Shown piece after piece: positions 36,002 to 47,962 of a stretch of 64,000 nt of DNA. Both the position numbers and the translations under genes were made by a program. Each line of letters begins with the position of its first letter. The stretch's first letter is position 1. The DNA comes from Malacoraja senta (lineage: Eukaryota), in the NCBI GenBank assembly GCA_038087875.1, contig CM075978.1, positions 166,222,001-166,286,000 on the forward strand. Direction: 5' to 3'. Under the pieces are notes generated by a model. The model ran no database searches and was not told the origin of the DNA. It was given only the letters and a program-made list of their open reading frames with translations.

Positions 36002-39000
36002 TTTTTTGTTGTTGTAAGGAATGATATTTTTATTTTATTAGAAGTACAGTAATATGGCACCAAGGTGCCTAATATATATTGGCAGGTTACATTTTATGTA
36101 CAGCTTCGTATTTTTAAAAAAATAATAAAATAGAGAAAGAGAGAATAGATAATAAAAAATAGAAAAACGTGTGATATATGGTGTGTGAAAAGGAAAAGTG
36201 GGGAAAGAGGGAAAGTGAAAAAAAAAAGGAGAGAGAAAGAGAAAGAGTAGAGAGTAGGAGATTTTAGGAGATAGTTATTTATATTCTTGACCATCCTTCA
36301 CCCAGACTTGAAACAGTTGGTTTCTACGATTTTGTTGCACCATATGCTTCCAAGAAGTCGATAAATGGAGACCAACTCGTTAAGAATTGGTCTGGTTTAT
36401 CTGTTAGGAGGAATCGCATTTCTTCAAGATGTGCGGTGTCCAACATGTTTGAAATCCACATTTTAAGCGTTGGTATGGGTGTATTTTTCCAAAATGTAAG
36501 TATAAGTTTTTTTTGCTGTTATTAACCCATAATAAAAAAATGAATTTTGAAATGTGTTCAATTTGTTCCCATCTTCCGTTACTCCAAGTATAATCATTTC
36601 AGTGTTAGGCTCCATTTTTATCTTGAATAATTTTGTAAATATTTCAAAGATATCGCTCCAGAATTTATGAAGTTTTATGCAGGAAAAAAAAGAGTGTGTT
36701 ATAGTGGCATTTTGAGATAAACATTTATCACAAATGGGAGAAGTATTTGGATAGAATTTATTCTGTCTAGTTTTTGAATAATATAATCTATGTAAGATTT
36801 TAAATTGAATTAAGTTATGCCTTACATTAATCGAACATTTGTGTATATATATCAAATACTTTTCCCATGTTTTTTTCGTGATTTTTATCATTAATTCTTG
36901 TTCCCAATCTTCTCTAAGTGCCTCTGTCGATCGTAGTTCTATATTTAAAATACTATTATATAAATTTTATATTAATTTCTGTGAGTCAGCCTTAATATTC
37001 ATTGCTTCTTCCAGTGGGTCTAAAGTTATAGTTTGATGTCTTTGTATGTATTTCTTCATGAAGTCGCAGATCTGAAGGTATTTAAAATATTGGTTATTTT
37101 TCAGCCTAAATTTTAATTGTAATTGTTGGAATGATAACAGATTTCCCATTTCATACATATCGCCGATCCTTTTAATTCCCATTCTTTCCCATTGATATAT
37201 CTTCTTCTTCCGTTTTATGTGAGTACATTATATTAAACAGGCGTCTCAAATTATTAAATGAATGTCTTTTGGGTATAAACCCCGTTTGATCTGGATTTAT
37301 CAATTTACTAATGTATTTACTCAATCTTCTTGCTAAGGTCTTTGCTAAAATGTTCTGATCTGTATTTAAAAGTGATATAGCTCTATATGAGCCTGGTTCT
37401 TCTAAATCTTTATCTTTTTTTGGTATAAGCATAATAGTGATACAGCTAATGTTTCTGGTAGTTTATTTTCTTTAAAGGCGTGTATATAATTTAAGTAAAC
37501 GTGGAGCCGTTATCTCGTGAAATCTTTTGTAAAATTCATTGCTAAAACCATCTGGTACAGGCGTCTTACCATTTTTCAATGATTTTATTTCTCCTATTTC
37601 TTCAAGTGTAATCTGAGCTCCTAATTCCTCTTGTTCTGAGAGGTCAAGTTTTGGAAGATTACAGTTATCTAAAAAATTTATAATTTTGCTATCTTCTATT
37701 TTAGTTTTAGATATATATAGATTTTGATAAAATTGAGCAAATCTTTTGTTAATATCCTTAGGTAATGTTAGTAATTCACCTTTCTCTGATTTAATTTTAG
37801 TGATAGTATTTTCCTTTTCTTGTTTTTTCAATTGACGAGCTAAGAGTTTATGTGGCTTATCACCAAATTCAAAATATTCCTATTTTGTACTTTGGAATAA
37901 TCTTAATACTCTTGCTGATAAAATTCGATTAAGTTTAAATTTCAATAGTATTATCTTATTATGTTTATCTGTAGTTGGATCTTTGGCATTATCTAACTCT
38001 AATTGTCTGATTTCTTGTTCTAACATCAGTTGTTCTGTCTTATTCTTTTTATTTTGGAAAATTTGATATGAGATTATAACTCCTCTGATAAATGCCTTGA
38101 AAGTTTCCCATAATAAAGAAGGTGAAATACCTGGTGTCTCATTTGTTTCAAAAAAAAATTTCATTTTTTGTGTTAGATATATATAACCTTGTGGGTTGTT
38201 TAAGATTTGGGCGTTAAACCTCCAGAAAGATTTTTTATCCGTCATTCCCTCAAATTTTAATAGAAAAGTCAACGGGGAATGATCGGAAATAATACTATTG
38301 TGGTATTTAGGATTGATTGTATATGGAATTAATTTTGTATCCACTAAGAAATAATTAATTCGTGAATAAGTTTTATGTACCGATGAGTAAAACAAATATT
38401 CCCTTCCAGTTGGGTTAGCAGTTCTCCATACATCTGTTATATTAGTATTTTTTATATATGTATTTAGAAGTTCACTAGTCTTAGATTTTAAGTTACCCCT
38501 CCTTTGTTTTACTGATTTGTCTAAATATGGGTCTAAAACGCAATTGAAGTCCCCCCCTATTATTACATTTTGGTAATTAAACTGATATTATATCCAGAAT
38601 TTTATTTAAAAATTGGGGGTTATCAAAATTCGGAGCGTAAATATTTATCATAGTCAATGGGGTGGAGTAAATTTCTCCCGAAACTATAATATACCTTCCC
38701 TCTTTATCTGATATAGTATTCTTTAATTTAATTGTATACCTTTTCGAATGATAATAGCCGTACCTCTAGATTTAGAAGTAAATGAAGAACAATATGTTTG
38801 ACCTATCCAATTTGCCTTCAATCTCATCTGTGTTTGTTGTTTCATATGTGTTTCCTGCAAAAAAGTTATGTCAGAATTTAATGATTTTAGTTGGGCAAAA
38901 ATCTTGCACCTCTTAATTGGTTCATTGGCACCCCTTATATTCGAGCTGCAGAACGTAATTCCTCCGTTCTTTATTTGTCTATCGTCTTGCATTATAGATC

Positions 39001-40804
39001 AGTTTGATATTTTTGATTCATATGGTGCAACCAAATATCTCAGAACTCTGGGTGTTGGGTGGTCGTCCCGAACTTTTAGATTTGTTTTGCATCTCCTTCC
39101 TCTATTATACCTTGATAAGAAAAGAAGAAAGAATGTGTTGTGATATTAATTTTAAAAAAAATAAGAAGAAGAATCGTGGTAGTGATTGAAAAAAAAGGTG
39201 ATGTTAAGGTATCTAAGCGAAGATACCTTAAAAATGAGAAGCCACCTAAGGTGGGGAAAAATGTGTAGACTTCCATTGTTGTTATTGTACATTGAGCTCC
39301 GTCCCCTTAACAGAGTATCATGAAAGGCTGCGGGCCGTTTCATATTTTTAAAAATGTATCCAACCAGAGCAGATAAAAACAGAAAAAAACAACAAAAAAT
39401 TCAGAAAGAGAGGGTAAAAATCAAAAAACAAAAAAAACATGTTCAATTCTATATGTATACTAGACCAAGTGCAGACCCGTTGGGTCTGGTCCCCGAACGT
39501 GCTTCAGACCCCAGGGTCTGGTTCCCGAACGTGCTTCAGCGTCTTGATGGCATAGGCAGCGTCTGGATGGGCGTACGCAGCGCCTCGATGTCGTACGCAG
39601 CGTCTTGATGTCGTACGCAGCGTCTTGACGGAGTACGCAGCGTGTTGACGCCGTAGGCGGCGTACGCCGTCAAGACGCTGCGTACGACGTCGAGACCTTG
39701 CGTACGGCCGTCGAGACGCTGCGTACGCCCTCAATAGGGCTGTGGGCCGACAGGCCGTTGACGCGCTAGCTGAAGGCAAAGATGGGTTGTTCCGCCGCTG
39801 CTTTTCGGCGTCCTCGTACAGAGGACGGCGAAACGCAAAGGGGGAAGATCCGATGTTTGGCTTGAGCCAGTGTGAGAGAGCCAGCCCGGGGGGAGTAGTG
39901 GAGGAGAGCCCGGCGGCAGCAGTGAAAATCGCGAGCGAAAAAATAAAAATGTCGGCGTTTTTGGAAGAGAGCCGGGCGCTTGAGCCAGCGTGAGAGAGCC
40001 AGCCCGGGGGGGGGGGTAGTGGAGGAGAGGCGGGCGGCAGCAGCTAAAATCGCCAGCGAAAGAAGAAAAATGTCTGCGTTTTTGGAGCAGAGCCGGGCGG
40101 CAGCAGCCGTTATGGTGGCTGGCCAGCAGGAGGCGACAAAATGAGTGAGTGGGGTTGGCGGGGGGGATGGATTTTATTTTAAAATGTGTACATAAAAATG
40201 TCTAAATCTAATCAGGAGTGTGTTAGGGTATGTAAAAGTGTAATGTCTAGCAAAATGGAAAAAATCGCAGAGTTTTCGCGTGTGGTTTTGGCGGAGCAAG
40301 GAATCAAAGGCCAAATCTGATCCCCACAAACGCACACACCCACACACACAGAGTTTGAATAGTTTATAGATAGATAGATATGCATTTCCAATTTATCTAG
40401 CATTAATCTGTTCTAAACTTTACCATATGTAAGTTATACATTATACACCCGAAGTTATTACATTATATCCCAGTCTTTATCTTAAGTACAAGCAGGTTCC
40501 AGGGTGTTAAATAGAGCCAAGCATCTGGATCTTTTCCAAGTGTATGATGCTCCTCCCTCCTTCACACACGGTTATATTATGTTAGTATTATTATGAACAT
40601 TTTAGTTAATTACTGTATTTTAGTATATATCATCAATTTTAGTTCATTACCTTTAAACTAGGTTAAAATTATTTAATACATTTTGTATAAGCTCCCCTTA
40701 TCCCTCCCCGCTCCGTGGGTTAGTCATATTTACAGATTACATTAAAAGAAGATTAGTATTATTAAGTTAGTTAGATTAATTGATTATTTAATATTAATAT
40801 ATAA
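36002..40804 (-). mobile_element. L1 with endonuclease start, RT core deleted, long upstream leader and Helitron insertion
   Basis: 14-bp TSD agcaagggtgtcat at 35988-36001 and 40805-40818. APE motifs 'NIRG..FLQETH' (38723-38992) and 'YSRINYF..ISDHSP'. 'DQTGFIPKR' and the CCHC C-terminus are present. Confidence 0.92.
39460..40378 (-). mobile_element. Non-autonomous Helitron
   Basis: On the minus strand it starts A|TCTATCTATCTATAAAC followed by a (GT)n microsatellite, and ends with hairpin cagaccc-aac-gggtctg (39472-39488) 12 nt before the CTAG|T terminus. No TSD; A|T target. Confidence 0.8.
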
Positions 40805-40889
40805 AGCAAGGGTGTCATACATGCACATTTTCCTCTTCTCTTCCCATCATCCAGATGCTCAAACATTCCTTCCTGGTCAAATAAGGATC

Positions 40890-41235
40890 TTCATAAGTTC
40901 ATAAATTCTAGGAGCAGAATTAAGCCATTCAGCCCATCAAGTCCACTTGCCAGTCAATCTTGGCTGATATATTTTCCCCATTCTCCTGCCCATAACCTCT
41001 GACACCCATACTAATCTAGAATCTATCAATCCCCGCCTTAAAAGTATTCATTGACTTGGCATCCACAGCCTTATGTGGCAATGAATTCCAAAGATTCACC
41101 ACTCTCTGATAAAATAAATTCCTCCTCATCTTTTTAAAGGTATGTCCTTTTATTCTTAAGCTAAGGCCTCTGGTCCTTGACTCTCCCACTAGTGGAAACA
41201 TCCTCTCTGCATTCACTCTATCCAGGCCTTTCACT
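40890..41235 (-). mobile_element. CR1/HER1 3' fragment
   Basis: ORF 'KGLDRVNAERMFPLVGESRTRG..RVVNLWNSLP'. Confidence 0.9.
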
Positions 41236-44001
41236 ACAATGATTTACTTGAATCTTCTCCAATTTAGCCTATTGCATTTGATTCTCATTATATGCTCTTC
41301 TTATTCCCTTTACCCTGTATCTGTTCACTGTGGACGGCTTGATTGTAATCATGTATAGTATTTTCACTGACTAGATACACACAACAAAAGCATTTCATAG
41401 TACCTTGGTACACGTGACAAATAAACTCAACTCAACTCAATTTTTCGCTGTTCAACAGTACCCGTGACAATAATAAATTAAGCTAAACTAAATAAAACTA
41501 ATATGGTGTCTTCCAAGTTGGAAAAACCAAATAGTGACAATTTGCAGAATACCTCTATTCAGTTCTGAAAGATGACCCTAATCCTCCAATTACTTTCAAC
41601 TCTGTATCACACTCCCAATCAAGCCTAACGGAAGCTTGAGAAATATCATCTATTTTTCCAACAAGTAGCATTAGGTCCTTCAGATTTAACATTGAATTCA
41701 ACTATTTCCGATATCCAGCCTCTCCAGTCTGCTTTAGCACTAGCCAGTTCTGATGAAAGAACATCAACCTCCAATGTTAAATCTTTTCCCATCTCCACCT
41801 ATGTTAAGGAAGCATTTCCCGTATTCTCTGTTTTTCTATCCGATTGTCAGTATCACAGGATTTTATTTCTCCAAGTTCCATCTCATAACTTCATGGTACA
41901 TGAATGTCTTTGTAGTCATACCTTCTCCAGGCAATTGAGAACCTCTCTCAGCTGGCCCCAACATTTACGTCATTCAGCCTCTCTGGTTGCTACCCCATTC
42001 CCTTTACATGTATTTTCCACTTTGCCAAGCCCCCTAACCAACCCTTCTTTTCTGAAACACAATTTTATTTTCTCAGTTATCTCATGAATTTTTCTCAGTT
42101 CTAATTTCAACTAAAATTGAAATACTAACTTTACTTCGGAGTCACGTTTGTGACTACGTGAAGAAGACCCGTCAGGGCGCATGCGCGTCATTACGTCGGT
42201 CGCATTGCCGCACAGACAGCGGGAGGACAGAGCTCCTCCCGATGTAAGTACTTTTAGGGGGGAAGTCTGGGAGGTCCTTGGACTCAACTGAGTCAGGCCA
42301 CAACGAGCCTGTACGGGGCTGGAGACGTTTTTTAAACGGTTCTCCCAAATGGAGCACCTCATCCAGAGGTTGCTCCAGAAACGCACACTCCGTGGAGGAG
42401 TCGTGTGGGCGGTAGGCTGCAGAGAGGCCACGCCAGCAGCACCTGGTAGAGGGCTGCTTAAAGCACCCTCATGCATGAGGTGAGTGCAGAGGGTCAGCTA
42501 AGGTCTGACCCGACTCTGACTGAGACTTGGAAATAGCGAAGAACGGCCATTGTCAGAGGTCCATTCTCTAGCAGCACAATTCGCTGTCCAGTCAGAGTAT
42601 GGAGTGCCACTGGGAGAAGAGCTGGCCTCCACGATAGGGTCAGCTCAGTTCTGACCCGATTCTGACGGAGACTTTATTGAATAGCGAAGAGAGGCCATTG
42701 TCAGAGTTCCCATCTCTGGCAGTACGATTCGCTGTCCAGTCAGAGTCTGGAATCACCAAGAGACGGGGTAACTGCGAGTTGCTGAAGGTGCCAGCAGTGA
42801 ACCGGGTGATATGGAGCCAGATGGGCGTGGGCATGCAGTGCCCAGGAGATGAAGCTGCAGAGAATCCTGAAATTACTTGGCTCAGGAATCACGGCGTTCG
42901 TGAGAACGGTGGATGGAGTGCATGTGTCGGAGACACAGCATGAGGTACTAGGGTTGCTTTGTAGCACCCATTTTTGAGATAAATTGTCTCAGGGAAAGTG
43001 CCATTCGGCCCACCATTAAATCCAAGATTGCAGTATTTTTCCAGCCTAGCAACATACAGCCGGCAAACCTACTCTTCGGAGAGGACCTCGCAAAGAGTGT
43101 CAAGGACATGGACGACGAGGCAAAGACGGTGGGTTTGATCAAGCCACCGGCAGTCGGCAAGTTTCCAAAAGAAAGTACCCCTACAAACAAAGTGGGAACA
43201 TGGTCAAACATCCACCAGGTACCAAGGAGGTAGGTGGGCCTGGTTCTCAGGTGCACATATCAAATGTGACACAACTTAAACTGGGGTACATTACATCTGT
43301 TTCTGGGATGAATGGAAGCAAATTACCTTAGCTCTGTTTATACAGAGTGTTATTCAAAGGTTTCGAATGGATTTCAATCCAAATTGTGATTTGCACATTC
43401 AGCATGTTCTTGGTAGAACTATTCAGTTTTCATTAACAGAACAGATGGATGTTCAGACTGCGCTTGCAAGCTTATGTGATAAAGGTGTAATTATAAGTTT
43501 GTTCACCAACCCATCAATTTGTGTCTAATATTTTCCCAGGCCAAAAAAGGATGGGGGATGTAGTATAGACATTGTAAGATGGAATTGTCACTGCCAAGCA
43601 ACTGGGCAAGAGGATGCTATATGGCGACTCTAGAGCTTAAAGATGCGCATTACTCAATGTCTGTTTATTTGCAAGATATTTGAAATTCATCTGGATGGAT
43701 CAACTATGGCAACAAAATTGTTAAAACCTATAATAGGCATGCTGAAAGGCCAGGGTACAGGTGTTCATGGCTTATCTCGATGATATCTTGATTACAGGGG
43801 TATCCAAGAGAACAGCTGAAGTAACAGGTGATAGTTGTTAAATCCAATTTTCAAAGATTGGGCATTAGTCATCCAGAGGAATCCAAATTAACACCTGACT
43901 ATTTGGGTCACAATTGATTCAATTAAGTGACTCTGCCCAGGATAAAAAGGGTAGAGCTAATTGACAGGTGTATCAAGCTAATTGAGGCATTAAGGATACA
44001 T

Positions 44002-44201
44002 NNNNNNNNNNNNNNNNNNNNNNNNNNNNNNNNNNNNNNNNNNNNNNNNNNNNNNNNNNNNNNNNNNNNNNNNNNNNNNNNNNNNNNNNNNNNNNNNNNN
44101 NNNNNNNNNNNNNNNNNNNNNNNNNNNNNNNNNNNNNNNNNNNNNNNNNNNNNNNNNNNNNNNNNNNNNNNNNNNNNNNNNNNNNNNNNNNNNNNNNNNN
44201 N
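44002..44201. other. Assembly gap (200 N)
   Basis: Run of exactly 200 N. Confidence 1.
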
Positions 44202-44894
44202 GTGCCAGGACAACAGGCCATAGGGTCTCAACCGCTGGTGATCAAACTTATGAGGAGTATCGTCAACTCCAACCCTCTTAGACCTAGGTATACCCAAATC
44301 TGGGATGTCAGTGTGGTCCTGACATACCCAAGGGGATGGTCCCCAGCCAGGTCTCACCCTGGAAAAGCTAACCCTGAAAATGGTCATGCTGATGCCACTA
44401 GTCTCAGCACAAAGAGTCCAGTCCCTCCACTTACTGCGACTGGACAACATGGTTATAACACCAGACCGGGTCTCATTCACCATTCAGGAGCTGCTAAAGC
44501 AGAGCAAGCCAGGAACTTGAGTCCTAGTTATGGATTTCCAGGCATACCCACCTGACCTACGGTTGTGTGTCATGACTCACTTATTCACTTACATCAACAC
44601 AACAAGAGATTCTCGAGGGAGAAGGGGAAAAAAAAAAAAAAAAAAGCCTTATGGGTCAGCCACAAGAAACCTCATGGTTGGGTGTCGAGCCAAACCATCT
44701 CGAGATGGCTCAAGCAGGTACTGGGAGCTGCTGGAGTAGATACTGATGTATATACATCTCACTCCACCAGGGCAGCATCCACATCGGCGGCTAAAAGAAT
44801 GAACATGGAGAAAACGTTCCAAACGTTCTACCACAAGCCGCTAGCAGAACCTGTGTTATTTGCAGAAACTTTTAAAATCTGCAAAAATATATAA
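44202..44894 (+). pseudogene. DIRS tyrosine recombinase, frameshifted
   Basis: 'PLVIKLMR..PRYTQIWDVSVVL', 'SSQTISRWLKQVL..AGVD..YTSHSTRAASTS' (HxxR catalytic motif). Confidence 0.9.
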
Positions 44895-45395
44895 TTTAAG
44901 CCCGGGGGAGCATTTTGTCTTTTGTTATTGTTAAATAGATACCATTATTGTTTACAAACAGATTATGGTTGATTACGATAACATACTTCCTCCCTTAAAT
45001 GACTTCGGCAGCGAGTGAAGTATGAACTGTTACACGGTTTGAAATCACAGAGCTTTAAAATCTTCACGTAGTCACTCACGTGACTCCGAAGTAAAATAGT
45101 AAGATTAAACGGGAACTTACCAGTTTGAAGTTTGATCTGTATTTTATGAGGAGTTACGATGAGGGATTACGTGCCCTCCGCTCCCACCCTCAATTATAGA
45201 TCAACTGGTATCTTAGTTCTCCTTTTCTTTACTATGTTTATTTCAATTATTGTGTTTTCTGTGATTCCACACCGCTGCTTTGAAGAATGTCGCGCATGCG
45301 TGCTGGACGGGCTCTTCACGTAATCCCTCATCGTAACTCCTCATAAAATACAGATCAAACTTCAAACTGGTAAGTTCTCGTTTAATCTTACTATT

Positions 45396-46435
45396 ATAGA
45401 CCAGTTCGGCTGACATTGGTGATGGGAAAGATGCTGGAGTCAATTATAAAAAATGAAATAGCGGTACATTTGGATAGCAGTAACAGGATCGGTCCGAGTC
45501 AGCATGGATTTACGAAAGGGAAATCATGCTTGACTAATCTTCTGGAATTTTTTGAGGATGTAACTAGGAAAATGAGCAAGGGAGAGCCAGTGGATGTAGT
45601 GTACTTGGACTTTCAGAAAACATTTGATATGGTCCCACATAGGAGATTAGTGGGCAAAATTAGGGCACATGGTATTGGGGGTAGAGTGCTGACATGGATA
45701 GAAAATTGGTTGGCTGACAGGAAACAAAGAGTAGGGATTAACAGGTCCCTTTCGGAATGGCAGGCAGTGACTAGTGGGGTACCGCAAGGCTCGGTGCTGG
45801 GACCGCAGCTATTTACAATATTCATCAATGATTTAGATGAAGGGTTTCAAAAAGATGTAATGTTGAGGCTCCATAAGGCGCTGGTAAGGCTGCATTTGGA
45901 CTATTGTGAGCTATTTTGGGCACCATATCTGAGAAAGGATATGCTGGCTCTGGAGAGGTTCCAGAGGAGGTTTACAAGAATAATCTCAGGAATGAGGTTA
46001 ACCTATGATGAGCGTTTGTCGGCACTGGGCCTGTACTCGCTGGAGTTTAGAAGAATGAGGGGGGACCTCTTTGAAACATACAGAATAGTGAAAGGCTTGT
46101 GGCAGAGTGGCAGAGTCTAAGATTAGAGGTCATAACCTCAGAATTAAAGGACGTTCTTTTAGGAAGGAGATGAGGAGTAATATCTTTAGTCATGGGGTAG
46201 TGAATCTGTGGAATTATTTGCCGCAGTAGGCTGTGGAGGTTAAGTCAGTGGATATTTTTAAGGCAGAGAAAGATAGATTCTTGATTAGTACAGGTGTCAG
46301 TGGTTATGGGGAGAAGGCAGGAGAATGGGGTTAGGAGGGAGAGGTAGATCAGCCATGATTGAATGGCAGAGTAGACTTGATGAGCCAAAAGGCCTAATTC
46401 TACTCCTATTCCTTATGACCTCATGACCTATGACC
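45396..46435 (+). mobile_element. CR1 LINE RT fragment fused to a CR1 3' end
   Basis: ORF 45416-46120 'QHGFTKGKSCLTNLLEFFE..VYLDFQK..SGVPQGSVLGP..FINDLD' jumps past the FADD motif to 'LVRLHLDYC..'. Confidence 0.92.
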
Positions 46436-46569
46436 TACCATTGGGCAGGAGATATAAAAACATGAAGCCACGTACCACTAGATTCAGGAACAGTTTATTC
46501 CCCTTTTTTATTAGACTTTGGAATGGTTCTTCCATAAGCTAGGATGCAGTTGCGATTCTTCAACCTTGC

Positions 46570-47220
46570 TCATTGGCCTTCATAGCAAGAGGATTTGAGT
46601 ATAGGAGCAGTGAGGTTCTACTGCAGTTGTACAGGGTCTTGGTGAGACCACACCTGGAGTATTGCGTACAGTTTTGGTCTCCAAATCTGAGGAAGGACAT
46701 TATAGCCATAGAGGGAGTGCAGAGAAGGTTCACCAGACTGATTCCTGGGATGTCAGGACTTTCATATGAAGAAAGACTGGATAGACTTGGCTTATACTCG
46801 CTAGAATTTAGGAGATTGAGAGGGGATCTTATAGAAACGTACAAGATTCTTATGGGGTTGGACAGGCTAGATGCAGGAAGATTGTTCCCGATGTTGGGGA
46901 AGTCCAGGACAAGGGGTCACAGCTTAAGGATAAGGGGAAAATCCTTTAAGACCGAGATGAGGAAAAACTTTTTCACACAGAGAGTGGTGAATCTCTGGAA
47001 CTCTCTGCCACAGAGGGTAGTTGAGGCCAGTTCATTGGCTATATTTAAGAGGGAATTAGATGTGGCCCTTGTGGCTAAAGGGATCAGGGGGTATGGAGAG
47101 AAGGCAGGTACGGGATACTGAGTTGGATGATCAGCCATGATCGTATTGAATGGCGGTGCAGGCTCGAAGGGCCGAATGGCCTACTCCTGCACCTAATTTC
47201 TATGTATCTATGTATCTATG
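46570..47220 (+). mobile_element. Young CR1 3' fragment with intact C-terminal ORF
   Basis: 182-aa ORF 'LYRVLVRPHLEYCVQFWSP..RVVNLWNSLP'; (TATCTATG)n tail. Confidence 0.95.
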
Positions 47221-47761
47221 TATTGCAGGCATTGAACTTTTTCTCTGGAACAGTTACTCTACAATGGTGAGAAAGTATATTCTGCACTCTGGTATTTCTG
47301 GTCTACCTGTTTTATTTATGTATGGCTTAATTGTATTCATGTATAGTATTATCCAATTTGAATGAATGGCACACAAACAAAAACATTTCACTGCAACACA
47401 GTACACATGACAATAATAGACTGATACCAATTACAAAATGTTGAAAAAAAACTGTGAAAAAAAGCAGGTAAAATGGTTAAAAGAATAATAGATGCAGTTG
47501 GAAAGATTGTATTTCATTTAAAAAAAACAATAGGAAGGAAAGGCCGATGGAAGAGTAAAGATCACAAAGGAACATTGAACATGAAGGAAAACATATTTAA
47601 GTACTTAAACGTTAAAAATAATGGAGATACAAAACACTGAAATGTTTCAAAAACTAGGAGGCAAAATTCCTCAAACAAATTATTTTGCAATAAGTTCTAA
47701 AGACATAGAAAAAAGATTATTACAGGAGGGGGGGCTATCTAAAGGATGGATGGGAGGGACG

Positions 47762-47962
47762 AATTGCAGATGCAGGTTTTAATCGAAGATAGACACAAAA
47801 TGCTGGAGTAACTCAGCAGGACAGGCAGCATCTCTGGAGAGAAGGCAGCGGGGCAGGCAGCAGGATCAGTCTGAGGAAGGGTCTCGACTCGAAAATTCAC
47901 CCATTCCTTCTTTCCAGAGATGCTGTCTATCCCGCTGAGTTACTCCAGCATTTTGTGTCTAT
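47762..47962. repeat. Penelope-derived foldback
   Basis: 'tagacacaaaatgctggagtaactcagc' is inverted to 'gctgagttactccagcattttgtgtcta'. Confidence 0.8.

Larger units (their letters stand above)
42130..45395 (+). mobile_element. DIRS1-type tyrosine-recombinase retrotransposon (defective)
   Basis: Left ITR at 42130-42190. ICR 45061-45173 is complementary to the left ITR start and to the right extension 45317-45395. RT remnants 'FVSNIFPRPKKDGG' and 'YLDDIL'. YR remnants present. Confidence 0.9.

Noticed and set aside
39537-39735. Regularly spaced ~20-bp repeats as a CRISPR array
   Set aside because: Units are contiguous with no unique spacers, there are no cas genes, and the context is eukaryotic TE sequence.
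41524-42110. Possible ORF1 of the adjacent L1
   Set aside because: It lies outside the L1 TSD (40805-40818) and shows no ORF1-like open frame.
44202-44894. Tyrosine recombinase as a phage or integron integrase, or contamination
   Set aside because: It is embedded with RT remnants and ITR/ICR ends diagnostic of DIRS retrotransposons.
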